64,000 bases of DNA from Chiloscyllium plagiosum (taxonomy: Eukaryota): positions 77,098,702 through 77,162,701 of the forward strand of contig NC_057719.1 in assembly GCF_004010195.1 (NCBI RefSeq), written 5' to 3'. The notes beneath the pieces are model-generated. The model did not search any database. It was not told where the DNA came from and saw only the letters and a program-made list of their open reading frames with translations. The position numbers were made by a program, and so were the translations under genes. Positions 1 to 12,790 of this stretch are shown here, piece after piece. Positions within the stretch are counted from its first letter, which is position 1. The number at the start of each line of letters is the position of its first letter.

Positions 1-471
1 TGGTGAGCTCTCATCTTGAACCGCTGCAGTCCACCTGCTGTGGGTTGACTCAATGACATAGTTATAATTTGAATAGTGGCCTCCCAAACCTTTTAAAATG
101 TATTCCAGTATGGTAGAATTGGCCATTGACAAAATACATTAGGTTCATGTCAGGTCTGTATAAACATGTTGTACACGCTGGAAAATTCATGTTGTGAATT
201 TGAGGGGGAATCTGTATACTCTATACTGTACTGCAGATGATAAACTCAAAGGATGTTTAGTAGCTCATTGCATTTTTAAAACCAGGCTGGCTTGCATGTG
301 ATACTAATTGCTTTTCAGGGTTGTGAATCTTTCATGTTACAAATATGCCCTGAAGAACTGGTGTTGACGCAATTCATTTTGGCTTTGTTTCAATAATTGA
401 AATACTCAATAGCATCCAAACCCCAACCTTTCCCCTCAGAATGGAGATACTTGGAAGAGCGGAGACCAGTA

Positions 472-3400
472 TTCATAAGTTCATAAGGTATAGCAGCAGA
501 ATTAAGCCATTTGGCCCATCGAGTCTGCTGTGCTGTTTGATCGTGGCTGATATGCTCCTCACCCCCATTTTACTGCCTTCTCGCCATATCCCTTCAACCC
601 ATTAACAATTAAGCACTGTCTAACTCCTCCTTAAATTTACTCACTGTCCCAGTATCCACCGCACGTTGGAATAGCAAATTCCACAGATTCACAACCCTTT
701 GGGAGAAGTAGTTTCTCCTCAACTCTGTTTTAAATTTGCTACCCCTTATCCTAAGACTGACCTCTCATCGTCCATTGCCTCACAAGAAGAAGCATCTGCT
801 CCACATCTATTTCATCCACACCTTTTATCATCTTGAATACCTCAATTTGATCACCTTTCATTCTTTTAAATTCCAGAGAGTATAGGCCTAAACTGTACAA
901 TCTTTTCATACAACAAGCCCCTCACCTCTGGGAACTATCCAGTGTACCTCCTCTGAATTGCCTCCAATGCCACTACAATCTTTCCTCAAATAAGGGGACC
1001 AAAACTCTGCACAGGTGCAGTCTCACCAATACCTTGTATAGTTGCAACAACACTTCCTTACCTTTATATTCTACTTCTTTAGCTATAAAAGCCAGCATTC
1101 CATTTGCATTCTTTGCTGTACCTGCATGCTAGTTTTTGGTGACTCATGAACAAGTATGCAGAGATCCCTGTGCACAGGAGCACCCCGAAGTGTCTCCCCA
1201 TGACCACTACTTATCCACGTTAAACTTCATCTGACATGTTTTGGCCCACTCTCATAACCTACCTATTTCCATTTTTAAGATTCTCATTTCCTCATTGCAG
1301 TTTAGTGTCCCACTTAGTTTTGTGTCATCTGCAAATTTGGCTATAGAGCCTTTTATTCCTGTATCCAAGTTGTCAGCGTAGATTGTAAATAGATAGGGAC
1401 CAAGGCCCGAAACCTGTGGCATCCCACAAGTTACATCTTGCCATCCAGGAAAAAAAAACATTTATCCTGACTCTGTCTTCTGCCCATCAGCCAGTCACCT
1501 ATCCAAACTAATAAGTTGTCCCAATCCCATATGATCCAACTTTGTGATTTAACATTTTGTGCAGCACCTTATCAAATGTCTTCCGGAAGTCCAGATAAAT
1601 TACATCTACAGCATCCGCATTATCCACTTTGCTTGTCACGTCTTCAAAGAGCTCTAACAAATCAAACATGATTTGCCCTTCATTAACCCATGCTGACTCT
1701 GATGGATAGTGTTTTGATTTTCCAAATGTCCTGATATTGCTTCCTTGATAACTGATTCTAACTCTTTCTCAACAACAGATGCTAAACTAACTGGTCTGTA
1801 ATTTTCCACATTTTATCTCCCTCCCTTTTTGAATAAGGATGTTATATTAGCCATTTTCCAATCCACTGGAACCCTTCCTGTGTCCAGGGAATTTTGGAAT
1901 ATTTTAACCAATGGATCTACTATCTCTGCTGCCACTTTCTTTAATACCCTCGGATGTAGGCCATCAGGCCTGGGGGACTTGTCTGTCCTCAATCCTGATA
2001 GTTTGCTTAGTATCTTTTCCCTATCAGTGTAAGTTCTACCATATCTATTGCCATTGACTTGCCCTATTCAACAAGCGTGGTACTATTGTCCTGCACCTGA
2101 ACACTGAGGCAAAGTATTGATTCAGCACCCTGCCACCTCGGTGTTCCCCACTATTAACTCTCCAGTTTCATCTTCCAAGGGACCAACATTCACATTAGCG
2201 ATTCTCTTTCTGTACCTGTAGAAGCTTTTGCTGTCCTTTTTGGCCCAAGTAGATTGTGTTAGTTTTTTGTTTGTAATTTACCTGAACTCTTTTTTTTTTT
2301 AAAATTAATTTTTTGGTATCCCTTTGTTTATATTTGAAGGTTTCATGATCTTCCAGCCTACCATTGGCTTTTGCAATATGGCTTACCTTAGTTTTTGACT
2401 TTATCTTGTCCCTGACCTCCTTTTTAGCCATGGATTTTTTTTACCCCCCTTACCATCTTTCTTCCTCACTGGGATATATTGTGCTTGTGAGGAATTGAGT
2501 AGTTCCTTAAACATCTGCCACTGCTCATCAGCTGACTTACCATTTAGCCTTCCTGCTCAATCTACTTGGGCCAAATCTGCCCTCCTGGCTATATAATTTC
2601 CTTTGTTTAATTCCAGACCACTACTGTGGGACTTCACTTTCTCACCCCCAAACTGAATTTTGAATTCTATCATACTATGGTTACTACTCCCTCGAAGAAC
2701 CTAAATGATTATGTCATCAATTAAGCTCTCCTCATTAACAATATCAAATCCAGTGTAGCCTGCTCCTTGATTGGTTCCACAACATACTGCTCCAAGAAAC
2801 AATCTCTCATACATTCCATGAACTCTGCTTTCAGGCTACCCTTGCTAATTTGATTCTTCCACTCTATATGCATGTTAAAATCAACCATGATTATTGCCGT
2901 ACCTCTAATATTTGCTGGTTTATGTTGTTCCCTACTGCAGAACCACTGTTTGGGACCTACAGATTACTCCTCCCAAGTACGTCTTCCCTTTGCTATTTAT
3001 TATTTCTACCCAGACTGATTCCACATCTTGATCTCCCATGCTTATGTCATTTCTCATTACAACATTGATCTCTTCCTTCACCAGCAAGGCCACTCCACCT
3101 CCTTGTCCTTTCAGTCTATCTGTCTGAAGTGCTGAGTACCCCTGGATGTTCAATTCCCAGACTTGGTCTCCTTGTAAGCATGTCTCAGTAATCACTACCA
3201 AATCTTATCCTTTTGTTTCTATTTGTGCTATTAACTCATTAATTTTGTTTCAAATGCTTTATATATTTATATACAAGCTTTTAAATTTGTTCCACCATTA
3301 AATGTTCCTTCATTTTTTTAGAATTCCGTGGTGCATAAAGATATTCACCTGTTCTGTCCCTCACCTTTATTGTCTGGTAATCACTTGATCCTCCATTCTT

Positions 3401-4700
3401 ATTTTATTTGAATTTTTAAACATTAACTTTTTATATCTCTGCATAATACCTCTATCTAAGTGCGTAACCAATAATTTCACAATTGTTAACCTGTACTCTT
3501 ACCACCTCATTTAAGTTGGGTATTCTAATTTTTCTATAACTGTCTCTTCTTAGTTTAAAGCCCTGTCTGCAGTCCTAGTTAATGCAATTCGCTAGAACTC
3601 TGGTACCAGCATGATTCAGATGAAAACTGTCCCATCGAAATAAGCCCCTTCTTCCCCAGTACTGGTGCCAATGTCCTATGAATTGAAACCCATTCCTCCC
3701 ACACCATTTTTTGAGCTATCCATTCATCTGCTTAATCTTACTGACCTTGTATCAATACGCTCATAGCTCAGGCAGTAATCCAGAGATTATTACCTTTTTA
3801 GTTCAGCTTTTTAATTTAGATCCTAGCTGTTCATGCTCTTTCAGCAGAACCTGTGCCCTAGTTTTATGTATATCATTAGTACCTAGGTAGACCACACCCA
3901 CTGGATCTTTACTCGCCCACTGCAAGTTCCTCTGCAGCCCAGATGAGATATTCTGAGCCCGAGCACCAGGTAGGCAACACAATCTTTGGGACTCTCGATC
4001 CTGGTCACAATTATGATATTCCTCTTCTCTCCCCCCACTTGTTTGGCTCCCTGTACGAGGATGCTGTGGTTAGTTGGCTCATCCTCCGTGCAGACCCCAT
4101 TCCTGTCCCCACGTGGAGCAAAACTCTTGAACCTGTTGGACAAGGGCTGAGGCTCCTGGATCCCTCTACCTGCCTCACTCACAGCCACACCCACTTGTTC
4201 CTGATCTTTGGCTGAGTTCGAGTTAGTTAGACTAAGGGGAGTGACTGTCTCCTAAAACATAATGTCCAGATAACTCTTTTCCCCTTCCTGATGTGTTGCA
4301 CTGTTTGAAACTCAGACTGCAGCTCATCGACTGTGAGCCAGAGTTCCTCAAACAACCAACATTTACAATAGATGTGGTTAATAGGAGCCACAGTGGGGGC
4401 CTTCAGCTCCCACATCGTGCAGGAGCAGCACATCACTTGACCCTCCATCCTTATTTGAATTTTTAAAAATTAACTTTTTTATATCTCTGCATATTATCTC
4501 TATCTAAGCGCAAGTTGTAACCAATAATTTCACAAGGATCAATTTAATATAGATTCAAATTTAGCAGACTCCCTATTAGCCAATCAAATCACAGCCCTCC
4601 TGTGACATCACGTTTTAGTTTCTCCCTCAGAATCAAACTGTTACCTTCCCAGACTGCTCTCCAGTTCGCTTCCACCCAGCTAGACTCCTGAAGTGAGTTT
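472..4700 (-). mobile_element. Near full-length, decayed CR1-clade LINE (5' UTR, ORF1, APE-RT ORF2, 3' tail)
   Basis: Minus-strand remnants: ORF1 start MEGQVMCCSCTMWE...CKC (4448); endonuclease VITET..LNIQGY..DR..GGGVALLVKE (2932-3201); RT LGPYLFTIY..KFADDTKL (1252-1461); short repeated tail ttcataag-ttcataag at 472. Frameshifted. Confidence 0.88.
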
Positions 4701-6611
4701 TTTTTTAATCTGCCCAATTATCTATCATTGGCATTTACATACTTGTTGAATTAGAAAGTAAAACTATGAATTACAAAGGAACATTGTGGTGAGGTCAAGT
4801 CCAGTGCTGTTAAGAATGGACTTAAGAAAAATGCTGCTTGATTTATGGAAACAAAAGGCTAGAAAATTGAAAGGAGTGTCCGTCTGAAGTTAGATTTGGA
4901 CACACTGGTTTTGATCAACAGATAGTAGTGTGCTGTGATCCAAATAAATGGTCATTCTGGTACAGGTGCTGTTGTGCATTGCGAATGCAATAGGTAACTA
5001 TATTGAATACACGTGATTCACAGCAAGAATAAGCTGGTATTTGTGCTTATCTTTAAATTTAAGAGCAAGCTACTTCCAAGAATTATCTACATGCACCATT
5101 TTAAAGAATATCCTTCCAGTTTTACTGTCTCCCTGATGTTCATTTGTAACATTCTTTTGAAAAAGCTGTGGTCTGAGAAAGTAATATCAAAACTAGATTC
5201 TTTCTGATGCATGTACAGGATGAGAATTCCAATTGCTTTAGCTCCCATTCTTAAAATGCACACAAACATGACACGCTGTGGTATACTCAAGAATTTTGAC
5301 CTATCAGCACATTCTGGAGAATTCCAGAATCAATTTCCTTATCAATGCCATTTCTTTCTTATTTGTATTAGCAAGTCCAAACTTAATTATGCTTATGTTT
5401 TAATAAGCTTTATGTATATGAACATTAAACATTTGTTGTAACTTACCTGGCACCAGGCTTGTATGTTTTAAATTTTATAGATTAAACAAATGTCCAGTGT
5501 TGTTAAATTCTACATTAACTATCACAGTGTACTCTTATGGCTTTTTAAAAACTTTTCATCACCATTTTGGTTTAAGAGGTTGATTGCCAAAATCTGCTGA
5601 ATAAAATACATCATTGATCTATTTATTAATCAATTCCTAGAATGTTACTGCATAGAAATGACAAACCTGTGCTGTTGTTTTATTTTCATGCTCTTCAACA
5701 GAGCTGGGTGAAATGGCCTCCAGTCCTGTGTGAATCCATGAGCCATTCAATCTAACCTCAGTTCTTCCTTTTGTTCTTTTAATGTTATGATTGTTTTAAA
5801 GGTGAGTTTCTAACAAAAATATAATTTCTGTAATTTGTTTCTCCCTAATCTTTCCATTTGCCAAACTTTTTTTTTGCTAACTATACTTTAAGTTTTATTT
5901 GAGTTATCTTAAATTATTAACACCTTATTGTCATTACCCCTTGCTTCGCTATTAACTGCACTTGGCTAAAGCAGAATACCATTTCTTCTTTTCTGCAAGT
6001 AGTCCTGCTTTATAAAATCTTTAAATCTGTATTTACAAATTTCTCTCTCAGTCTCTAAGTAGTTACTATTTTGTTTTTATTTCAATTTCCTATTTTTCAA
6101 CTCAGAATACATCTCTTCACATTTACTGGAAAGTGAACATGTATCTCAATTCCTCAAACCTATCCGTGCCCTCTGCTTTGTAATCAATTCTTCGTGGTAG
6201 TTTGTTGGATCTTCAATTTGGATCAACTGCAAATTTTGAAATTCCCTCTCAGCTTATGTCTAATTCATTTATGTATTTAGAACGAACAGACCCTAGTGCG
6301 CCAGTGACATCTCACAAATCGAAGAAATAGCAACTTAATCTTGCTCAGTGCTATCAATATTTAGGTCAGCTTTCTCTTGACAGAGACTCTTTAAGACCAG
6401 TGGTTCTGGGTCATTAGGAAATTCTTTATTGCAAACCTTGTGTTTGACATTTTATGACCTTTTAAGGTCCAAGTATAACTGACTTACTTTATTCCCATTG
6501 TTTATCCACTTCCAAATTTACTTAAATTTGGTTAAATTACTCATGCCTCCATGATTCCTGCTGGTTGTCTAGCATTTGATTAATAATTGATCAGCATTAA
6601 TCCAGATTTTA

Positions 6612-6880
6612 TAGGGCAGCAGGTCGCCAGGGACCTGGGTTTCATTCCAGCTTTAGTCTGTGTCGAGGTTGCACGTTCTCCCCGTGTGTGTGCACTGGGT
6701 TGTTACAGGTGTGTAAGTGAGATGAATTGGCTATGCTAAATTGCTCACACTGTCCAGGATTAGACATAGTAAATGTGTGGCCATGGGGAGGGGGTGAGTC
6801 TGGATAGGATGTTCATTAGAAAGTTGGTGCGTGCCTGATAGGCTGAATGGCCTCTTTCTGCAATGTAGTGTTTCTTTGAT
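6612..6880 (+). mobile_element. HE1-like tRNA-derived SINE, degenerate
   Basis: Resembles the cleaner copy at 47922-48255 (gcacgttctcccc, gaattggctatgctaaattgc, gctgaatggcct tail). Confidence 0.7.
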
Positions 6881-7404
6881 TTTGCTGTCACCAGCAGAGC
6901 AAAGTGAAATAAGGATTTGAACATGTACTTGGGTGAAGGTAGAAACTGAGATATCAGAAAAAATAAACTAATAATTATTTATAATGGAGACATTTAACAT
7001 CAATCCACAAATCATTATAATTTCAGGGCCAGGGTTGTTGCTCAATTGTAGTTACTCGTCAGATACAATTAAAAACCCAGTTAACTTGATCACTTTGAGC
7101 GCAAAGGGCAAGTTCTTACCAAATCAATCTATTTTGCTGGAGTTGGATGGGGAGGGTGGGCTGTGCAGTTTGATATGACTAGGCTGGTATGTTCCAAGTG
7201 TAGCATATGGCAGAGGAGTGAATGACTGGTTTCAGATTTAAGATGTTTGTGATTATCAATTCTTATGCTCAATACTTAGGTTGAGGTCAGGTTCAGAGCA
7301 GTAATGACAGTGAAGACTGACAGTTTTCATCAAAAATCCCTATGAATTCTAGGCCATTGTGCATGAGGGATATGGTTGACTGAAGTGTATCAGCAAATTT
7401 CCAT

Positions 7405-8945
7405 CCCAAAGGTTTGAACGGTCTGGATGCAAGTTTGCTCACTGAGCTGGAAGGTTTGTTTACAGATGTTTCGTCACCATACTAGGTAACATCGTCATTG
7501 GCGCTCCGGTGAAATGCTGGTGGTCTGTCCCATTTTCTATTTGTGTGTTTAGGTTTCTTTGGGTGAGTGATGCCACTTCTGTTTCTTTTTCTCAGAGAAT
7601 GGTAGATGGGGTCCATATTGATGTGTTAGTTGGAGTTCCAGTTGGAATGCCATGCTTCAAGGAATTTTCATGCATGTCTCTGTTTGGCTTGTCCTAGGAT
7701 GGATGTGTTGTCCCAGACATAATGATGCCCTTCTTCGTCTGTATGTAAGGATATTAGTGGTATTGGATTATGTCTTTTTGTGGTTAGTTCATGTTCATGT
7801 ACCCTAGTGACTAGTTTTCTGCATGCTTGTCCAAAGTAATGTTTGTTACAGTCCTTGCACGGTATTTCAAAATGGCATTCAATTTGCTTGTTGTTTGTAT
7901 AGTCACTTTTAAGTTCATTAGCCACAGTTTTAGTGTGTTGGTAAGTTTGTTGGCTATCATGATGCTAAGAGGTCTGAGTAGTCTGGAAGTCATTTCAGAG
8001 ATGTCTTTGATATAGGGTAAAGTGGCTCGGATTTCTGGGTGCATTGTGTCTGCTTGTGTTTGGGTTTGTTGTTGAGAAATTGGCAGACTGTATTTACTGG
8101 ATACCTATTCTTCTTGAATATGCTGTACAAGTAGTTCTCTTTTGCTCTGCGTAGTTCCTTGGTGCTGCAGTGTCTGGTGGCTCGTTGAAATAATGTCTTA
8201 ATGCAGCTCCGTGTGTATGTGTTGGGATGATTGCTTCTATAGTTAAGTGTTTGGTCCATGTGTGTTGTTTTCCTGTAGACAGGTTTGAAGTTCCCCATTG
8301 AGTGTTCACTGTACTGTGACATCTAGAAATGGCAGTTTGTTGTTGTTCTCCTTCTCTTTTGTGCATTTTATGTCCGTGAGGATATTATTGATGGTGTTGT
8401 AGGTTTCCTCTAATTTCTTTTGTTTGGTGATGACAAAGGTCTCATCCATGTAGCAGACCCAAAGTTTGGGTTGGATGGTTGGGAGAGCTGTTTTTTCGAG
8501 TCTCTGCATTACTACTTCCACTAAGAACCCGTATATCGGTGATCCCATGGGTGTTCTGTTGATATGTTTGTAAGTCTTGTTATTAAGTGTGAAGTGTCAG
8601 GCATAGGTCCACTAGCTTGATGATATTTTTGCTGATGAAGTTGGCGCTGCCTGGTGTTTGTGTCTTTGGTCCTCCTAATAATATAGTCAGTGTTTCTTTG
8701 GCCAGGTTGATTTAATTGATGTGAACAGGGCTGTTTTGTCAAAGGAGACCATTATTTCATCCTCTTCTATCTTGGTGTCTTTGTTTAGGAATTCTTGGGT
8801 GAAGTGAATGGAGTGGCGTGAGTCTTCTACTAAGTATTTTAGTCTTCCTTGGCTAGTCTGTCCATTGGTGCTCCAGATAATGAGACTATGGGTCTGAGGG
8901 GGGGTTCCTGGTTTGAATGGTGTAAGATTCCAAAGATACAAGGAA
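7405..8945 (-). mobile_element. Penelope-like retroelement remnant (RT + GIY-YIG endonuclease + 3' repeat with degenerate hammerhead)
   Basis: Fragments MVSFD..ALFTSI, MGSPI.G.LVE..MQRLE..WVCYMDETF, LPFLDVTV, VYRKTTH.DQ.LNY.SNHP, IPCKDCNKHYFGQACRKL.TRVHEH. Confidence 0.88.
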
Positions 8946-9104
8946 GTGGCCAAAGATGCAGCAGTGAAAAGGTATTAGTTGCAGATAATAAATTTGTAAG
9001 GAATGTGAAAGAACTATGTCTTTGCAAAAATAGAATACATATAATTTTCATTGACCTTTCAAAGTGTATAAAGTAGGTCAAACTACAATGATTCAGATGT
9101 CATA

Positions 9105-9417
9105 CAGGTAGAAGATCCTTTATCTGAACATCCCAAAACTGAAAAGCTCCAAAATCAGTTTTTTTTTCTGAGAAGTTTTTTTCTCATTAACAAGGTTGAT
9201 TGATGAGCAAACAGTTAACCCAAGTTGAATCCCATTCGATGCATGTCAGTCAGATGCGACGTGGCGTGGCCAAGCACGTTCTTTGTTAGAAGTCTGCTTC
9301 TTTGGTAAGATTTTTAAAAACTTTCACCATTAAACTGTCACATTCTGAAAAGCGAAAAATTCCAATTTCCACAAAACAGCTGGTCCCAAGCATTTTGGAT
9401 AAAAGATCTTCTACCTG
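9105..9417. mobile_element. Tc1/mariner (pogo/Tigger-type) MITE
   Basis: Terminal inverted repeats caggtagaagatcctttatc / gataaaagatcttctacctg (19/20), flanked by TA on both sides; no ORF. Confidence 0.85.
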
Positions 9418-10680
9418 TACCAAGAACTGTGGATGAATGGAAAAACAAAGTAGCAAACCAAGTATAGAGAGAATTGTGTCCTTATATGATAACTAGGGGA
9501 AGTAACTACATTGGGGAAGGAATTGAATAGGAAGGACAGAACACCGATGAACCATTTGAGTTGATGGAGAAAGTCAGACTGTGATTCAACTATAACTTCT
9601 TGTATACTTAACATAACATATCCCAAAGCAACTCAAAATAATCTGAGAGGGAAGCAGATATCCTTGGACATCACTTTGGTGATGGATTGTGAGAGGGTAA
9701 CTTGTTCAGATGTGCACAGAACCTATCAGAAGTTTTGGAACAATCCAAAAGTGGCATGTAGTTGACAAAAGTATTAAAGAGCAATATTTCACTGATAAAT
9801 AATTATTTGTTGGTGTAGAACTTGAGAGTTGCTGAAAAGCAAAAGCTTTATTAAAGCTTTTCATTTGACTAATGATGAAACAGAGTTAACCTGCTTGGCT
9901 TAAAATTTAACCAAAACTTGGCAGTTAACTGGCAATCGTCATTAAATGCTGCATATGCCTCTAACCATTGGAGTCTGCTTGCCGACCACTCAACACTGTT
10001 CTCTCAAAAGTATTGATATAATTTTGATTGACGTTGGTATTCCTGCAAATTTACCTGATGAATCTAAGATGAAAATCTTTGATAACATTTCTTTTTTCCA
10101 AACAATTCTTGACTATCATAGATATGTGTGAGGCAAATAATTGAAGAATTGACCATGTTACTAACATATAATTGAGTAATAAAGTAAGTTGTAGCTGGTT
10201 TGGTTCTGGATTTGGGAACCTCCAACAAATTGCAACTTGGATTTTCTGATTAAATCCTTACTTTCTTACTCAGCTTGTCCTTTTTCAAGCTTGAAAGGAA
10301 AAGAACAGTAATTCATTACCACATAGGAAAATAGTGGCCAAGGGAAATAGGAATGGACTGTTTCTACTAAAAGAAAGATGAGGTGGGATTCAATAAGCAA
10401 GACTGACTAAATATATTATACATGTTTGTATTCCTCGTTTCTTTTTAACCTAACCTCAAAGCAGTGTTTTTGTACAAAATAATAGTTGGAATATCTTGCA
10501 TCATGCTAAGGGATTAGAATTTGTAGTTGACAGTCTCTGCCTGCATAAAAGTCACAAAGAAGGAAAAATATTGATTTTGGAAACACTGAACCATCTAATT
10601 ACTGTACAATGATTTTGCAAAGTGTCTCCCTTTATCAACTAAATATGCTGTTAATTTTAGTAAGTCTCACTGTGTACACA

Positions 10681-10832
10681 GAATCATAGAATCCCTATGG
10701 TGTAGAAGCAAGCCATTCGCCCCATCCAGTCCACCCCGACCCTCCAAAGAGCATCCCACCCAGACCTGAGAATTGAAACCAGGTCCCTGGTGCTGAGAGG
10801 CACCAGTGCTAACCACTGAGCCACCGTGCCAT
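10681..10832 (-). mobile_element. HE1-like SINE with internal deletion
   Basis: Tail (gaatcatagaatccct..) joined directly to the reverse-complement tRNA head (gctaaccactgagccaccgtgcc). Confidence 0.75.
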
Positions 10833-11513
10833 CCCAATTACTTCAGTTTAATGCAACTAAGGATAAGAGCATTAATTCCTAGTTTTCCAGGGAGTAGTAT
10901 ATGTATTTTGGAAATATTTAAATTGAACAGTAATTTATTGTGGAGAGTCAACCAACTAATAGCTACTTTTCACAAAGGAAGTATGCAAATGTATTATAAA
11001 CGCAACCTGCTGGTGTCCATTGCAGTTGGATGGTCTTTTTGGGAACAGGGATGGTGAGGAGGGAAGGAAAGGGAATTGTTGGGAGTGGGTAGAATTAATG
11101 TGAAACTTTGCTTAGGAATTTAGATTGGTTATAAACTTCTGTGGAATGAATGGGCTGGTTTGGCCAGAGTTGCTTTTTATTTTAAAAGTGATCTGACTTC
11201 TTTTTGACAAAAGCTCACACCTGATTCAAGAACTTGAAACATTATCTTTCTATGAAAAAGATGGAACAATCTATTTATAAATGATGGTGGTCAGGTTGTT
11301 ACTGTTTAGCTTTGTGGGCTGCTGCTTAAGTTGCTCCTGTGAATGTTGCCTCGTGGAGTAGGTGGTTGTTTTGTGGGTTATATTATCCATGCAGGTCGTA
11401 ACTATATCACAGATTGGAGGTTGGATCTGGAATGTTTTGAAGTAGTTTATTTTTCTGCTCTTCATTTGTGAACCAATCTGTGCTCATCACAAGTATTCAA
11501 ATGACATTTTTAA

Positions 11514-11660
<147 letters not shown>

Positions 11661-11982
11661 TAAGTAACTAGGCTGAGAAAGAGAAGTAATTATCCTAATT
11701 GGAAAACCACTGTGATGTTTCAAATTATCAAAAAAAAGCATCGTTGTTGCCTACTTCAGATAGGAGGTCTGAGAAACCCTTGGTAACATCTGTGGAGGTT
11801 CACTTTGATGCTTTCTATCTTGTGAATCTCTCAATTAAGTTAATTCCATATAACATATGCATGTTGTGGTATTCTGTTTTATGCACATCATTGCTTGGTA
11901 AGCATTGTAATTTTGTCGTGGAAATCATTGCTTTCTGATTTGACAGAATTGCTGACAAGAGGTAGGCAACTATAAAGCAAGT

Positions 11983-12143
11983 CGAGAGTGTAGTGCTGGA
12001 AAAGCACAGCCAGTCAGGCAGCATCCGAGGAGCAGGAGAATCGATGTTTCAGTCATAAGCCCTTCATCATGCCCTGACCAGCTGTGCTTTTCTAGCACCA
12101 CACTCTCTCAACTCTGATCTCCAGCATCTGCAGTCCTCACTTT
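11983..12143. mobile_element. Palindromic Penelope-derived short element (partial right arm)
   Basis: Arms gtgctggaaaagcacagc / gctgtgcttttctagcac; flanking direct repeats caactataaagcaagt (11967) / caactacaaaacaagt (12144). Confidence 0.75.
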
Positions 12144-12454
12144 CAACTACAAAACAAGTTACTGATATTAGGTTTGTATTTATTTGTGCAGTGAGATTAT
12201 CTGGATTGTATTCCATCACGAGATTTGAAACTTGGCCTTGGTTATTTTGTGAAATTGCTGTATTATTGCTTTATCTTTTATCAGGTTTACATTCTTCTTA
12301 AACTGCAGTCATTTTCAAGCTGATCTGTTTCTATTGTTAGCTCTCTCATTGATTGTTATCTATACCCCTTAACTAAATTAATGCTTTGTGATTTTGGCTA
12401 GGTTCTTGGTATCAAAACTTCTTCTGATCGAGAGTATATAACTCTTAAATATGG

Positions 12455-12790
12455 TATAGAATTCCTACAGTGTGGAAGCAGGCCATTTGGCCCATCAAGT
12501 CTACACTGGCTCTTCTAAGAGCATCCCACCCAGACCCACCTCACTGCCCTATTCCTGAAACCCTATATCTTCCATTGGCTAACGTACCTAGCCTGCACAT
12601 CCCTGGACACTATGGGCAATCTAACAGGGCCAGTCCACCTAATCCCGCATCTTTGGATCATGGAAGGAAACCCACGTAGACACTGGGAGAATGTGCAAAC
12701 TCCACACAAGCAGTCGCCTGAGGGTGGAATCAAACCTGGGTTCCTGGCACTGTGAGGCAGTGGTGCTAACCACCGAGTCACCGTGCCACC
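12455..12790 (-). mobile_element. HE1-like SINE
   Basis: Reverse complement of the 47922-48255 element including A/B boxes. Confidence 0.85.

Noticed and set aside
5440..5452. acttacctggca, resembling the 5' end of U1 snRNA
   Set aside because: Only about 12 nt match and no U1 body follows.
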